Of a stretch of DNA of 64,000 nucleotides, positions 1 to 9,753 are shown in pieces (the stretch's first letter is position 1; each line of letters starts with the position of its first letter). The notes under the pieces were generated by a model. The model ran no database searches and was not told the DNA's origin. It saw nothing but the letters and a program-made list of their open reading frames with translations. The DNA is from Thermoplasmatales archaeon (lineage in GTDB: Archaea > Thermoplasmatota > E2 > DHVEG-1), in the NCBI GenBank assembly GCA_030672305.1, contig DAOVGR010000050.1, positions 32,302-96,301 of the forward strand, read 5' to 3'. A program made the translations under genes and the position numbers.

Positions 1-30
1 CTGAAAGAAAATTACGAAGATTCATAATTA

Positions 31-975
31 CTACCGCTCTCTAGACGCACCAATTACAGTTTTTAAAGTTTGAAATCCTTCTTTTTCAATAGCATTTGCT
101 ACTTCTTCCTGTAGCTTTTTGTCAGGTGTAAGTGCAATTATACTACCACCTAGGCCACCACCCGTAAGTTTTGCACCTATTGCCCCTTGATCTCTTGCTA
201 GTTTAACAAGAAAATCAAGTTCTCTAGATGAAACCTCGATTTGTTGAAGAAGCTTATGATTTTCATTCATTAGTTTACCAAGTTCCCTGTAATCCTCAAT
301 TTTAAGAGCATTTCTAGCTAAATAAGCAATATTCTCTGCTCTATCAAATATTTCCTTGTATTTTTCAGGGTTTTTTTCTCTTCTCTTACGTACACCCGCA
401 ACAGCTGCAGCTGTATCGGCAACCTTACCAGTATTACCCATTACAATTTCAATAGGAGCAGGAATGGAGATTTTATCCATAACCTTATTTTCACCCTTCT
501 CAAACCAAATAAGACCACCAAATGTAGAAGCCGTATTATCTATTCCAGAAGGATTTCCATGATATCCTTTCTCACCTTCAAAAGCAATCTCATTAATCTC
601 TTCATCTGATATATTAAGACTAAAATGTTCAGAAATAGCTCTGGCAATTGCAACACAAGAAGCTGCGCTGGCACCGATTCCACTTGCGCAATATAATGTT
701 CCATCGAGTGTTATCTCTAATCCTTTTTTTGATAAATCTATACCCATTTTTTTCAAAATTCGATTTATTGAATCTTTTTGCTGATCAATTTTTTCTTCTT
801 TATAATTTGGAGTTGCTTTTCTATTGTCAATAAATGACCAACCAGACTTATCAATTGGATTTAGCTTTGCAACAGTATATTTTCCAATTGCAGAAACAAT
901 AGCTGGTACTCCATATACCACAAAATGTTCATTTAATAAAATAGCCTTACCAAAACCAATGCCCTCGCCCGACAT
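31..975 (-). CDS. mvk: Mevalonate kinase (GHMP kinase)
   Basis: GKAILLNEHFVVYG, GIGASAA ATP loop, HGNPSGIDN and GAKLTGGGLGG motifs. Confidence 0.9.
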   Translation of the reverse strand: MSGEGIGFGKAILLNEHFVVYGVPAIVSAIGKYTVAKLNPIDKSGWSFIDNRKATPNYKEEKIDQQKDSINRILKKMGIDLSKKGLEITLDGTLYCASGIGASAASCVAIARAISEHFSLNISDEEINEIAFEGEKGYHGNPSGIDNTASTFGGLIWFEKGENKVMDKISIPAPIEIVMGNTGKVADTAAAVAGVRKRREKNPEKYKEIFDRAENIAYLARNALKIEDYRELGKLMNENHKLLQQIEVSSRELDFLVKLARDQGAIGAKLTGGGLGGSIIALTPDKKLQEEVANAIEKEGFQTLKTVIGASRER

Positions 976-1123
976 TTACATCACATAATATTTCACAGAT
1001 CATTTAGGTTGAAATACCATAATTATTAAATGTTTTTATTAATTGTGGTATAACAAATATATATTAGAAAATTATTTAATTCTTAACTAAATTAATAAAT
1101 TTCAATCAGGATGAAGAAATATA

Positions 1124-1759
1124 ATGAGGATAGATAATAATTCTGAAAAGATTTGTTCGATTTCTAAATATTCATTTAAGACCAAATTCAATATATCAAG
1201 GTTTAATTATTTCTGGAAAGCAATTGATTTTATAGCCTGTAAAATAAAGAGATTTGCTATATTATATGAAAATACCTTGTCCAAAGAATATGAAAAAGAA
1301 GGCGAACTGTTTAATATTTCTGAATCAAAAAATATTTTACACATTGGATGTGGTTCATATCCAGTTACAGCAATCAACCTTGCTAAATACAACGGTGGTA
1401 AGGTTGTCGCAATTGACATTGACCCAAGAGCAATAAAACTAGCCACCAAGGTAATTAATAATAAAAAATTGCAGGATAAAATATCTATTAATAAAGGAGA
1501 TGGAAGAAGTTATCCTATAAAAAAATTTGATGCAATTATCATATCAAGCTGTTCAATTCCAAAAATTGATATTTTAAATCATATTTTTAAAACAGCAAAC
1601 ATTAATAGTAAAATTATAGTTAGAGAAATATATGGAGCTAGGAAAGCAGTGGAGGACTGTATAAATCTCCATAAAAATATCGAGATTAAAAAAAGAATTG
1701 GAAATCATCCATTTCCAACATCTAGATGGGAATCGTTTTATTTAATAAAAAATAGTTAA
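1124..1759 (+). CDS. Nicotianamine-synthase-like class I SAM-dependent enzyme (short form)
   Basis: ExxxFxxxxxxxILHIGCGSYPVTAI, VVAIDIDP, GDG, FDAIIISS..PK pattern resembles the catalytic domain of archaeal NAS (FIGGGPLPLT...FDV.MVAAL.EPK). Confidence 0.6.
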   Translation: MRIDNNSEKICSISKYSFKTKFNISRFNYFWKAIDFIACKIKRFAILYENTLSKEYEKEGELFNISESKNILHIGCGSYPVTAINLAKYNGGKVVAIDIDPRAIKLATKVINNKKLQDKISINKGDGRSYPIKKFDAIIISSCSIPKIDILNHIFKTANINSKIIVREIYGARKAVEDCINLHKNIEIKKRIGNHPFPTSRWESFYLIKNS

Positions 1760-2763
1760 TTATTTTTTAACATCTTTTTAAAGTCCGTTAAATCTGTTTT
1801 TCTTGCTTCTGTTAAAGATACTAAAAAGCCTACAAAACCTGTAACTACATCTGTAATAATAAATCCTACAAGAGTAAACACCAGAACCACTTCTTCGCCT
1901 ACTCCAAAAAGTGTTGAAAAAATTATTATAGATGTTAATTCACGAAAACCTAAACCAGCAAAGGTTACAGGAATATAGCCTGCAATATTTGCAACTGGAT
2001 AAAGTAATAAAAAGCTTAGATATGGGATATTTGCTCCTAATGCATAAACAATGATGTATTCTTGAGAAAAAATAATTACCCAAGAAATTAAACCAAGGAA
2101 TAACGGAATAATTAAGCGATTTATTCTAGGAAAATCTTTATAGAATGTATCCGCAAATTTTGAGGATGGGTCTTTAAGTTTCTTTGGAATCAAGTATTTA
2201 ACAAAAAGGTGGAAGAATTTTTTCCCACGTTCTTTCTTAATAAAATAAATTATAATAAATGCTTGGAATGAAATTAAAATTGCAATTATGATAAGGAGTA
2301 TTCTTGTTATTTCAAGTTCTGAAAATTGATCAAGAATAATTAATAATCCCCCAACTATCATAGAATATATTGCAACTTGACGTACTGTTACTTCAATAAA
2401 TGTGTTAACAAACAGTTTACCATATGGTTCCCCGGTTTTTTCTTTCATATATGGAACTCTCATTAACTGTCCAATAAATCCAGGGGTCCAACTGGCATAG
2501 AAATATCCTATTAGAAAACACTTTAATGATTGGAAGTAGCTAATTTTGATTTTTTGCTCTTTTTGTATTAATCGCCATCCATAATTTCTAATCAGTACTC
2601 GTGGAATTGTTAGAGATAATGCTAGTACTATGAAAATTGGATTAATTATTAAGAATGCATTTATAATTTTTCCAACATCTAAATTAAGAATAATTATTAA
2701 TAGTACTATAATTCCTAATAATGGTAGAAATTTTTTTACCTGTTCGAAAATTTCTTTTTTCAA
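1756..2763 (-). CDS. UPF0104 / lysylphosphatidylglycerol-synthase TM (flippase-like) membrane protein
   Basis: Many TM helices; IGYFYASWTPGFIG and IPVTFAGLGFRE motifs typical of the family. Confidence 0.85.
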   Translation of the reverse strand: MKKEIFEQVKKFLPLLGIIVLLIIILNLDVGKIINAFLIINPIFIVLALSLTIPRVLIRNYGWRLIQKEQKIKISYFQSLKCFLIGYFYASWTPGFIGQLMRVPYMKEKTGEPYGKLFVNTFIEVTVRQVAIYSMIVGGLLIILDQFSELEITRILLIIIAILISFQAFIIIYFIKKERGKKFFHLFVKYLIPKKLKDPSSKFADTFYKDFPRINRLIIPLFLGLISWVIIFSQEYIIVYALGANIPYLSFLLLYPVANIAGYIPVTFAGLGFRELTSIIIFSTLFGVGEEVVLVFTLVGFIITDVVTGFVGFLVSLTEARKTDLTDFKKMLKNN

Positions 2764-2923
2764 TGAACATGGGGTATCTTATTATCTTTATTTATTGTTG
2801 TGGAAAAATGAAAATTCTTTATTTGCATCTTATAATTAAATCAAGCTTACCAGATACTTGGTTTTTTTTATTAACATCACAATGGAATATCTACTTTTTT
2901 AGGGGAAATTATTAATTGAATAA

Positions 2924-3889
2924 TTGTTACACCTTTCATATTTGATGGAAAAAAATAATCTTAAAAAAGTGGTAAAATTACTCCCTATTATTGGTGTTGC
3001 AATATTCATTTATATTATAAATGACATTGGAGTTGAAAAAATTGCAGACGCTTTTTTTTCAATCCCTATCCAATTTTTTATTCTTGCACTTCTAATTGTT
3101 TTTCTAAGAATATTTGTTTATACTTACAAGTGGAGTTATATCTGTAATAAAATGAAAATAAACATTAAATATTTTGATTTAGTAAAAATCTATTTGATTG
3201 GAGTATTTTATGGGAACCTTACACCTGGTGCACTTGGTTTACATTTAAGAATTTTTTACATGAGAAAAAAATCTAAAGCATCAATTGGAAAATGTCTCGC
3301 AAGCTCACTTATAGATATCGAATTAGCATTAATAACAGGTATTTTTATAGGATTAATTGGCACCATTTATCTCATTAATTTCTATCCTGGACTGTTACCG
3401 TTACTAATACTACTTCTTCTTATCCATGGTACTCTGCTAATTATTTTTATGAAAAAAAGTGGTGGAAGTAAATTTTTTAAGATTTTCATAAGACCTTTAA
3501 TACCTAATAAATATAGAGAAGGAATAGATCAATCAGTTGAATTATTTTATGAGGATATGCCCAGATTTAGAGAAATGCTAATTCCTATTTTATTTGATTT
3601 TATTACATGGGTAATAATTGGAACCCAAGTGTATATCATTGCACAAGCATTCTCTGTAGATATTCCTTATTTAATATTTTTGATGTTGCATACATTATCA
3701 GTTGTTGCATATGGTTTATTACCAATTTCAATAGGAGGATTAGGAGTTAGAGAAGGTATATTTGTGTTTTTATTATTACCATTTGGGGTGGCGGCAGAAG
3801 TTGCTTTTGTTATTTCATTATGTGGCTATATTGTAAAATTGATAATTCCTGCGTTATTTGGGATGTTTTTTTCATTTAAAGAGAAATAA
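2924..3889 (+). CDS. UPF0104 / LPG-synthase TM (flippase-like) membrane protein; likely start ATG 2945
   Basis: IGVFYGNLTPGALG and LPISIGGLGVRE motifs; many TM helices. Confidence 0.85.
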   Translation: MLHLSYLMEKNNLKKVVKLLPIIGVAIFIYIINDIGVEKIADAFFSIPIQFFILALLIVFLRIFVYTYKWSYICNKMKINIKYFDLVKIYLIGVFYGNLTPGALGLHLRIFYMRKKSKASIGKCLASSLIDIELALITGIFIGLIGTIYLINFYPGLLPLLILLLLIHGTLLIIFMKKSGGSKFFKIFIRPLIPNKYREGIDQSVELFYEDMPRFREMLIPILFDFITWVIIGTQVYIIAQAFSVDIPYLIFLMLHTLSVVAYGLLPISIGGLGVREGIFVFLLLPFGVAAEVAFVISLCGYIVKLIIPALFGMFFSFKEK

Positions 3890-3923
3890 AGAGTTATTTT
3901 AAGAGAAAAATCTAGGTGATAAT

Positions 3924-4643
3924 GTGAAAGATGCTGATTTTATTAAATCTAAAAATGAAACAGATTCACATTATGAGTTAGTAAAAAAGTATTTTAGGAA
4001 AAGTGCTGAAGATAAGAAAAGATTTTACAGTTTTAAAAGTAAAGAGGAAATAGAAAAAGAGATAAAAAAACGAAGTATGTGGAAGATATACACATCAATA
4101 TTAGATGAAATTTTACAAAAAGATGCGGAAATCACAAGTGTTATTGATATTGCATGTGGAATGGGGAATTTTACCATGGAGCTTGCTAAACGTAATAATT
4201 ATAAAAGAATAGTAGGAGTTGATTTTCTAAAAGAAACCTTTAATATTGCTCGTAAAACAGAAAATATTTTTAGAAATATTTCCTTTCTGGAGGGAAATTT
4301 ATTAAATCTACCATTTACTGATAGGAGTTTTGATTTCACAATATGCTTAAACACTTTACATCACATATATAAGAATGATTTTTACAAAGCAGTCAATGAG
4401 CTAACAAGAATAACTAAACACTATCTTATGTTAGAAATAAGGAATAAAAATTACATTTTGATGCCTTGGATAAATAAAACTGTTTTACAAAAAGTATATA
4501 GAGATTTACCAATTTATTGTAGCTCAGTTTCAGATTTAAATGATTTAATAGAAAAAAATGGATTTAAACTTAAAATTATTAGACGAAATAGTTCATTAAC
4601 TTGGACAAGTTGGCGTCTTGTACTTGTTTATGAAAGAAATTAA
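3924..4643 (+). CDS. Class I SAM-dependent methyltransferase (Methyltransf_11/25-like)
   Basis: VIDIACGMG motif I, IVGVD, GNLLNLPFTDRSFD, LHH; AGGTGA RBS before GTG. Confidence 0.85.
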   Translation: MKDADFIKSKNETDSHYELVKKYFRKSAEDKKRFYSFKSKEEIEKEIKKRSMWKIYTSILDEILQKDAEITSVIDIACGMGNFTMELAKRNNYKRIVGVDFLKETFNIARKTENIFRNISFLEGNLLNLPFTDRSFDFTICLNTLHHIYKNDFYKAVNELTRITKHYLMLEIRNKNYILMPWINKTVLQKVYRDLPIYCSSVSDLNDLIEKNGFKLKIIRRNSSLTWTSWRLVLVYERN

Positions 4644-5250
4644 CAATGGAGGCTTCTTCTTGGAAGTAAATAAAAATAAAAATATTTCAAGATTCTTAAT
4701 TAACAGTCGAAGAATCCTATCATGCTATTATTATAATTTTTTAGAATTACTTGCTGTTAAAACTAAATTATTTCAAAAATTATTAATGGAATGGAGAAGA
4801 CCAGTTTTTCTTAATGAAATAAAAATGGCCAATATTAAAAAAAATGATAAGGTGCTACTTATTGGCTGTGGTATATTTCCATCTGAAACAATGCTAATTG
4901 CAGAGCAAACAGGAGTCGACGTAGTAGGTATTGATAACTCTCCTCAAGCTGTAAAAATAGCAAGAAAATATGTAAAGAAAAAAGGACTTTCAAAAAATAT
5001 AAAAATTGAATATGGGGATGGAAAAGATTACCCAATCAATGATTTTGATGTAATTTTTATAGCGATTAATGTTTGGCCAATTGATTTTGTGTTAAAACAT
5101 ATTTTAAAAAATATGAAATTAGATGGAAGAGTTATGTGTAAAAGTTTAAAAAACGATATTATAAATGTTATTGAAAAAGAAAAATTTGATATTGTTTCAA
5201 AATTAGAAAATCCACAAACACAATCGTTTTTATTAGTAAAGAAAAAGTAA
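4618..5250 (+). CDS. Second nicotianamine-synthase-like SAM-dependent enzyme; likely start TTG 4660
   Basis: NEIKMANIKKNDKVLLIGCGIFPSET, VVGID, GDG, FDVIFIA; resembles 1124..1759; GGAGG at 4648-4652 before in-frame TTG. Confidence 0.6.
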   Translation: MYLFMKEINNGGFFLEVNKNKNISRFLINSRRILSCYYYNFLELLAVKTKLFQKLLMEWRRPVFLNEIKMANIKKNDKVLLIGCGIFPSETMLIAEQTGVDVVGIDNSPQAVKIARKYVKKKGLSKNIKIEYGDGKDYPINDFDVIFIAINVWPIDFVLKHILKNMKLDGRVMCKSLKNDIINVIEKEKFDIVSKLENPQTQSFLLVKKK

Positions 5251-5258
5251 TTTATTTT

Positions 5259-6713
5259 CTAAAGCAAATGGATTAATTGGTTAATTCTTGCTTTCATTTT
5301 GTATAAATCTCTATTCTTGAATATTTTCAGCATCTGTGTAGTTATATATCTTGGTCTAAGATAAAATCTTTTCATAGCCTCTCTATAAAATTCATCGAGC
5401 TCGTCCCTTGTGAAATTTCCAAGACCCTTTCGTAAATCTGCGACAATTGTGTAACCATCTCTTACATTGATTTTTCCATTTTTAACTGCCTCATCCCATA
5501 TGTCTGAACCATATTTATATGTTAAAATTGTAAACAATGCAACATCAAGAGGGAGGGAACAAGCAAACTTAATTGTTTTTTCGATATGTTCTTTTGTCTC
5601 AATTGGAGCTCCTAATATAAAGGTCCCAACAGTGAAAAAATCCATTTCACTACTAAGATTGATTGCTTTTCTAATTTGATCGGTAGTCGCATTCTTATTG
5701 TAAAAATCTAAAACATCCTGATTTGCAGATTCCAATCCATAATATAGATGTTTTACACCTGCATTTTTCATCTTAGAGTAAAGCTTCCTATTTGCAGTAT
5801 CAACCCTTGCACCCTGTACATATATCTCAATATCAGTTCCAATTTTTATCAACTTATCAAGTATTTCATTAGCCCGTTGTTCATCTGCAAGAAAAGTATC
5901 ATCAACTATCATAACAGAATCATAAGATTCATTAATTTTTTTTATCTCATTTACAACATTTTCAACAGAGCGTTGTCTAAAGATCTTAAAACCTAATGTG
6001 TTTCGTGTACAGAATCGACAATTAAAGGGACATCCCCTACCTGTTATCATAGAAGTGAATCTTGGTTTAAAATTTGATTTACTTGTTTTTCCATACTCAT
6101 ATTTTTCAACAAGATGACGAGCAGGAAAAGGAATTGAATCAAGATTTTCAATTATTGTTGCTGGTTTTCCCTTTTTGATTACGTCATTTTTTCTATAATA
6201 GATACCATGTATTTCAGATAGTTTCTTTCTCCCTTCTATTGATTCTACAATTTCCTTAATTACTTGTTCGCCATCACCTTCTACACTTATGTCAGCAGAG
6301 GGTATTTCATTTAGAGATTTTTTTGGTTGTATACTACAATGGGGACCACCAATTATAATTGGAATATCAGATTCAATTTCCTTAATATATTTCGCTACCT
6401 TTGCTGATTCTTTATAAGCATATGTATATTTGCCTCCATGCATTGTTTCTTCATAAGATGATGAAAATACACTTATTCCAACAGCATCTGTTGTTGACAG
6501 CTCTTTATTAAGAGATTTTAACGGATAACTTTCAGCTAGAAAATCTATTAATTCAACAGTATGACCTGCATTTTCTAAAACACTTCCAAGATACAAAAGA
6601 CCTAGAGGGGGGTGATATGATGATATTTTTTGTGGTTTATCTATTTTTGATGTAAAAATATAGTCCGGCGGAATTTGTAATAACAAGAATTTCATTTGAT
6701 AAATCCAAATCAT
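5259..6713 (-). CDS. Cobalamin (B12)-binding radical SAM protein
   Basis: N-terminal PPLGLLYL, GGPH and GDGE B12-domain motifs; GRGCPFNCRFC (CxxxCxxC); GLESANQ. Confidence 0.92.
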   Translation of the reverse strand: MIWIYQMKFLLLQIPPDYIFTSKIDKPQKISSYHPPLGLLYLGSVLENAGHTVELIDFLAESYPLKSLNKELSTTDAVGISVFSSSYEETMHGGKYTYAYKESAKVAKYIKEIESDIPIIIGGPHCSIQPKKSLNEIPSADISVEGDGEQVIKEIVESIEGRKKLSEIHGIYYRKNDVIKKGKPATIIENLDSIPFPARHLVEKYEYGKTSKSNFKPRFTSMITGRGCPFNCRFCTRNTLGFKIFRQRSVENVVNEIKKINESYDSVMIVDDTFLADEQRANEILDKLIKIGTDIEIYVQGARVDTANRKLYSKMKNAGVKHLYYGLESANQDVLDFYNKNATTDQIRKAINLSSEMDFFTVGTFILGAPIETKEHIEKTIKFACSLPLDVALFTILTYKYGSDIWDEAVKNGKINVRDGYTIVADLRKGLGNFTRDELDEFYREAMKRFYLRPRYITTQMLKIFKNRDLYKMKARINQLIHLL

Positions 6714-6816
6714 ATTAGTATTGATATATTATTTGAATAAATTTTTGTTAAAATTATTAATCTTATAACAATTAAACAATTTAGATAAATACCAAATGTA
6801 ATTTAACTTTGCACAT

Positions 6817-8397
6817 ATGGACTATAAAAAATTGTTACCAATCATTGGAATAATTATTCTATTATACATAATAGTAACTCTAGATTTACAGGAAATATAT
6901 ACAGTTTTTTCAAATATTCATCCAATATATTCTCTCATCTCATTTTTTGCTATTCTTCCCGTTGTCTTAATGACAAATATTCAATGGCAAATACTGCTAA
7001 GAAAACAACGGATTAAAGTTAGCTTTCTTTATTCATTAAAAAACATATTCATTGGTTATTTTTATGGATTTATTTCACCAGGTGGGATAGGTGCTTATAC
7101 CAGAGCTTTATATCTTGAACATGAAAGTAAAGCTCCTCTTGGAAAATGTCTATCCAATATAATTATTTTCAACACAATTGATTATCTATCACTACTTTTA
7201 CTTGGAGCAATTGGTGCAATTTTTCTTAGTAGTATATATCCCCATCTTTTTGCAGTCATCATTGCTGTTATTTTTGTTATTGTTACTCTGCTTCTATTTT
7301 TTCTTAAAAAAGAAAAATCTAAAAACATATTTTTAAAAATAATTCAAACAAGAATATTTAGTTCTGTTAAGGACAGACTAACAGAATCTCTGGATTCTTT
7401 TTATGAAGATTTACCTCGTTTTAAAGACGTACTAATACCATTTGGAATTTCAATTATAGGTTGGATTGTAAGATTTACAGAACTTTACTTTATTTCAAAA
7501 CTTTTCTTAATTGATGTATCTTTTATTTATTTTATACTAATAATTGCTGTAGCAAATGTAATTGCCTCAATTCCAATAACAATATATGGGCTTGGAACAA
7601 GAGAAGCCTCGTTAATTACTATGTTTTTATTTTTTAATGTAATTCCTGAGAAAGTATTAGGTCTTTCATTGTTTTGGTTTACAATAATTTGGTTTTCCCC
7701 TAGTATATTAGGAGCTATTATAACTTATATTGAAACAAAGAAGCTAAGTATGTCATTTTTGAATGAAAAAACTGTAGAAAAGTTTTCAAATTACATGAAA
7801 AGATATCCTGAGCTTTACAGAAATCTTACTGATGTTGTTAAGAAAAATATCCCAAATAAGATTACTAAGCCAATCATTGTGGATTTAGGTGTCGGACCCG
7901 GACTACTCTCACAAGAAATAATTAAGCAGACACCCAATGCAAAAATTATAGGTATTGATCCATCAGGTAAAATGCTTAATTTGGCAAATAAAAATGTAAA
8001 AAAAGATGTGTTTCAAGCAATGCTAGGAGCCTCTGAAAACATTCCACTTGAAAAAAACACTGTGGATATTATAGTAAGCAGATTCAGCCTTACATACTGG
8101 AAGAAACCAAGAGATAGTTTTAGAGAAATCAATAGAATTTTAAAACCGGGTGGTAAGCTGATATTAGAAGCATTGAATAATAAATTTTCAAAATGGAAAT
8201 TATTTGCTATAAAGACACATATGATTTTTAATTCAGCAGGATTAGATGTTATAAGATATCATTCTGAGGCATTTAAAACAGCATATAATATCCAGCAGGT
8301 TGAACATTTGTTAAAAAATTCTGGATTCAAAATAATTTATAAAGAAGCTAAGAAAAATGACTGGAAATATATTCTAGTTTCAGGAAAGGGGAAATAA
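6817..8397 (+). CDS. Fusion protein: UPF0104 flippase-like TM domain plus C-terminal class I SAM methyltransferase
   Basis: N-terminal IGYFYGFISPGGIG and IPITIYGLGTRE; C-terminal IVDLGVGPG, IGIDPS, EINRILKPGG; one continuous frame. Confidence 0.85.
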   Translation: MDYKKLLPIIGIIILLYIIVTLDLQEIYTVFSNIHPIYSLISFFAILPVVLMTNIQWQILLRKQRIKVSFLYSLKNIFIGYFYGFISPGGIGAYTRALYLEHESKAPLGKCLSNIIIFNTIDYLSLLLLGAIGAIFLSSIYPHLFAVIIAVIFVIVTLLLFFLKKEKSKNIFLKIIQTRIFSSVKDRLTESLDSFYEDLPRFKDVLIPFGISIIGWIVRFTELYFISKLFLIDVSFIYFILIIAVANVIASIPITIYGLGTREASLITMFLFFNVIPEKVLGLSLFWFTIIWFSPSILGAIITYIETKKLSMSFLNEKTVEKFSNYMKRYPELYRNLTDVVKKNIPNKITKPIIVDLGVGPGLLSQEIIKQTPNAKIIGIDPSGKMLNLANKNVKKDVFQAMLGASENIPLEKNTVDIIVSRFSLTYWKKPRDSFREINRILKPGGKLILEALNNKFSKWKLFAIKTHMIFNSAGLDVIRYHSEAFKTAYNIQQVEHLLKNSGFKIIYKEAKKNDWKYILVSGKGK

Positions 8398-8452
8398 CAA
8401 CTTTTAAATACATATGAAAATAATATTTATTATATAATATGGGGAAGGTTAA

Positions 8453-9745
8453 ATGAATACCTATTATAAAAAAAATTTAGCGTTATTCTTAGTTTTATTA
8501 TTTCTCATATTATGCCTTTCACCAATTGTAAATAGCATTGAAATAACAGAATTAAAAAAGTTTGTATATGAATCTTCCGATGAAGTAATAGAACTTGATC
8601 TTCTTCGTGGAGAACATTATCTATACATTAATGCAACTAAAAATACAGACCAATTTAATGTAAAATACGCTTTTCCAGCTGAATTAAACTATCAATTTCC
8701 TATAATAATGGAAATATTGAATGATACTACAGCTGAAATTCTAGAATACAGAATAGAAAATGAAGCAAATGAGCCTAATAAAATTGTAAATTTCACGATT
8801 GGTACAATGGATAAAGATGATAGCGCTCTGATTCATTTTAATTTCTTTGTACTTGTTATTAATCAAGATTTTTCCAATCTACCAAAGAAGGTAAAGATTC
8901 CGAAAAAGGATGAACTTCCTCCTGAAACATTAAAGTGGCTTTCATCAACAAAAGCTGTACAAAAAAATAGAATACTTATAAGACTTAGGGCAAGACAAAT
9001 GAAAATTTTAACAAATAATGTTTTAAAAATAGCAAGAAGAATTGCCTTATTTTGTAGATTCCATAGATATCCTTTATTTTTTATCCAATATAAGTTTGGA
9101 TTATATAGATCTCAAGATGCTTTTACATCGCTTTTAATAAATGGAGAATGTCCAGGTAGATCACATCTAGGATGTGCATTATTTAGGGCCAATAATATTC
9201 CAGCTCGAGTATTATTGGCTAACCGGGATTATCCTTTCTGGTATGAAATGCATTATATGACAGAGTACTATCTTCCGGATTATGGATGGATATTAACTGA
9301 AGTACATAAAGGTAAAACACCGTATGAAACAAAATATCAGATTATTCTTAGGATATGTCATCCGGAGGATGAAAACAATACTCAAACAGATTTTATCAAT
9401 AAGAAAATGAAAGGTATCGAAAGATGGTTCTGGATTGATAATGAATTTATTATACCATATTATAAAGATCTAGTTGAGGGTAGTAGATGCTGTATGTTTA
9501 GAGAAAACGAGGTTTTTACAGATAATATTTCTGGAGAAGATGCAATTAATATTACAAGAAATGTTTTTCATAAATATGAATACTACCTTGGAATGAATTT
9601 AGCTGGCGATAACTTGGAATACTTTCAAAATGCAACCAATTACCAATTTCAAGCAATTAGCCAATTAAAGGGTTCAGATAATGTATCTGGTTACATAAAT
9701 TATCTAAACAAAGCAAATGAAGAATACGATGAAATAATAATTTAG
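8453..9745 (+). CDS. Secreted transglutaminase-like (cysteine protease fold) protein
   Basis: Signal peptide; GECPGRSHLGCALFRANNIPAR, HYMTEYYLPDYGW motifs. Confidence 0.8.
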   Translation: MNTYYKKNLALFLVLLFLILCLSPIVNSIEITELKKFVYESSDEVIELDLLRGEHYLYINATKNTDQFNVKYAFPAELNYQFPIIMEILNDTTAEILEYRIENEANEPNKIVNFTIGTMDKDDSALIHFNFFVLVINQDFSNLPKKVKIPKKDELPPETLKWLSSTKAVQKNRILIRLRARQMKILTNNVLKIARRIALFCRFHRYPLFFIQYKFGLYRSQDAFTSLLINGECPGRSHLGCALFRANNIPARVLLANRDYPFWYEMHYMTEYYLPDYGWILTEVHKGKTPYETKYQIILRICHPEDENNTQTDFINKKMKGIERWFWIDNEFIIPYYKDLVEGSRCCMFRENEVFTDNISGEDAINITRNVFHKYEYYLGMNLAGDNLEYFQNATNYQFQAISQLKGSDNVSGYINYLNKANEEYDEIII

Positions 9746-9753
9746 AGGTTGGG

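Noticed and set aside
1757-1759. TAG stop of the NAS-like gene as possible pyrrolysine read-through
   Set aside because: The paralog ends at the equivalent position with TAA, the convergent gene overlaps here, and no pyl genes are in the window.
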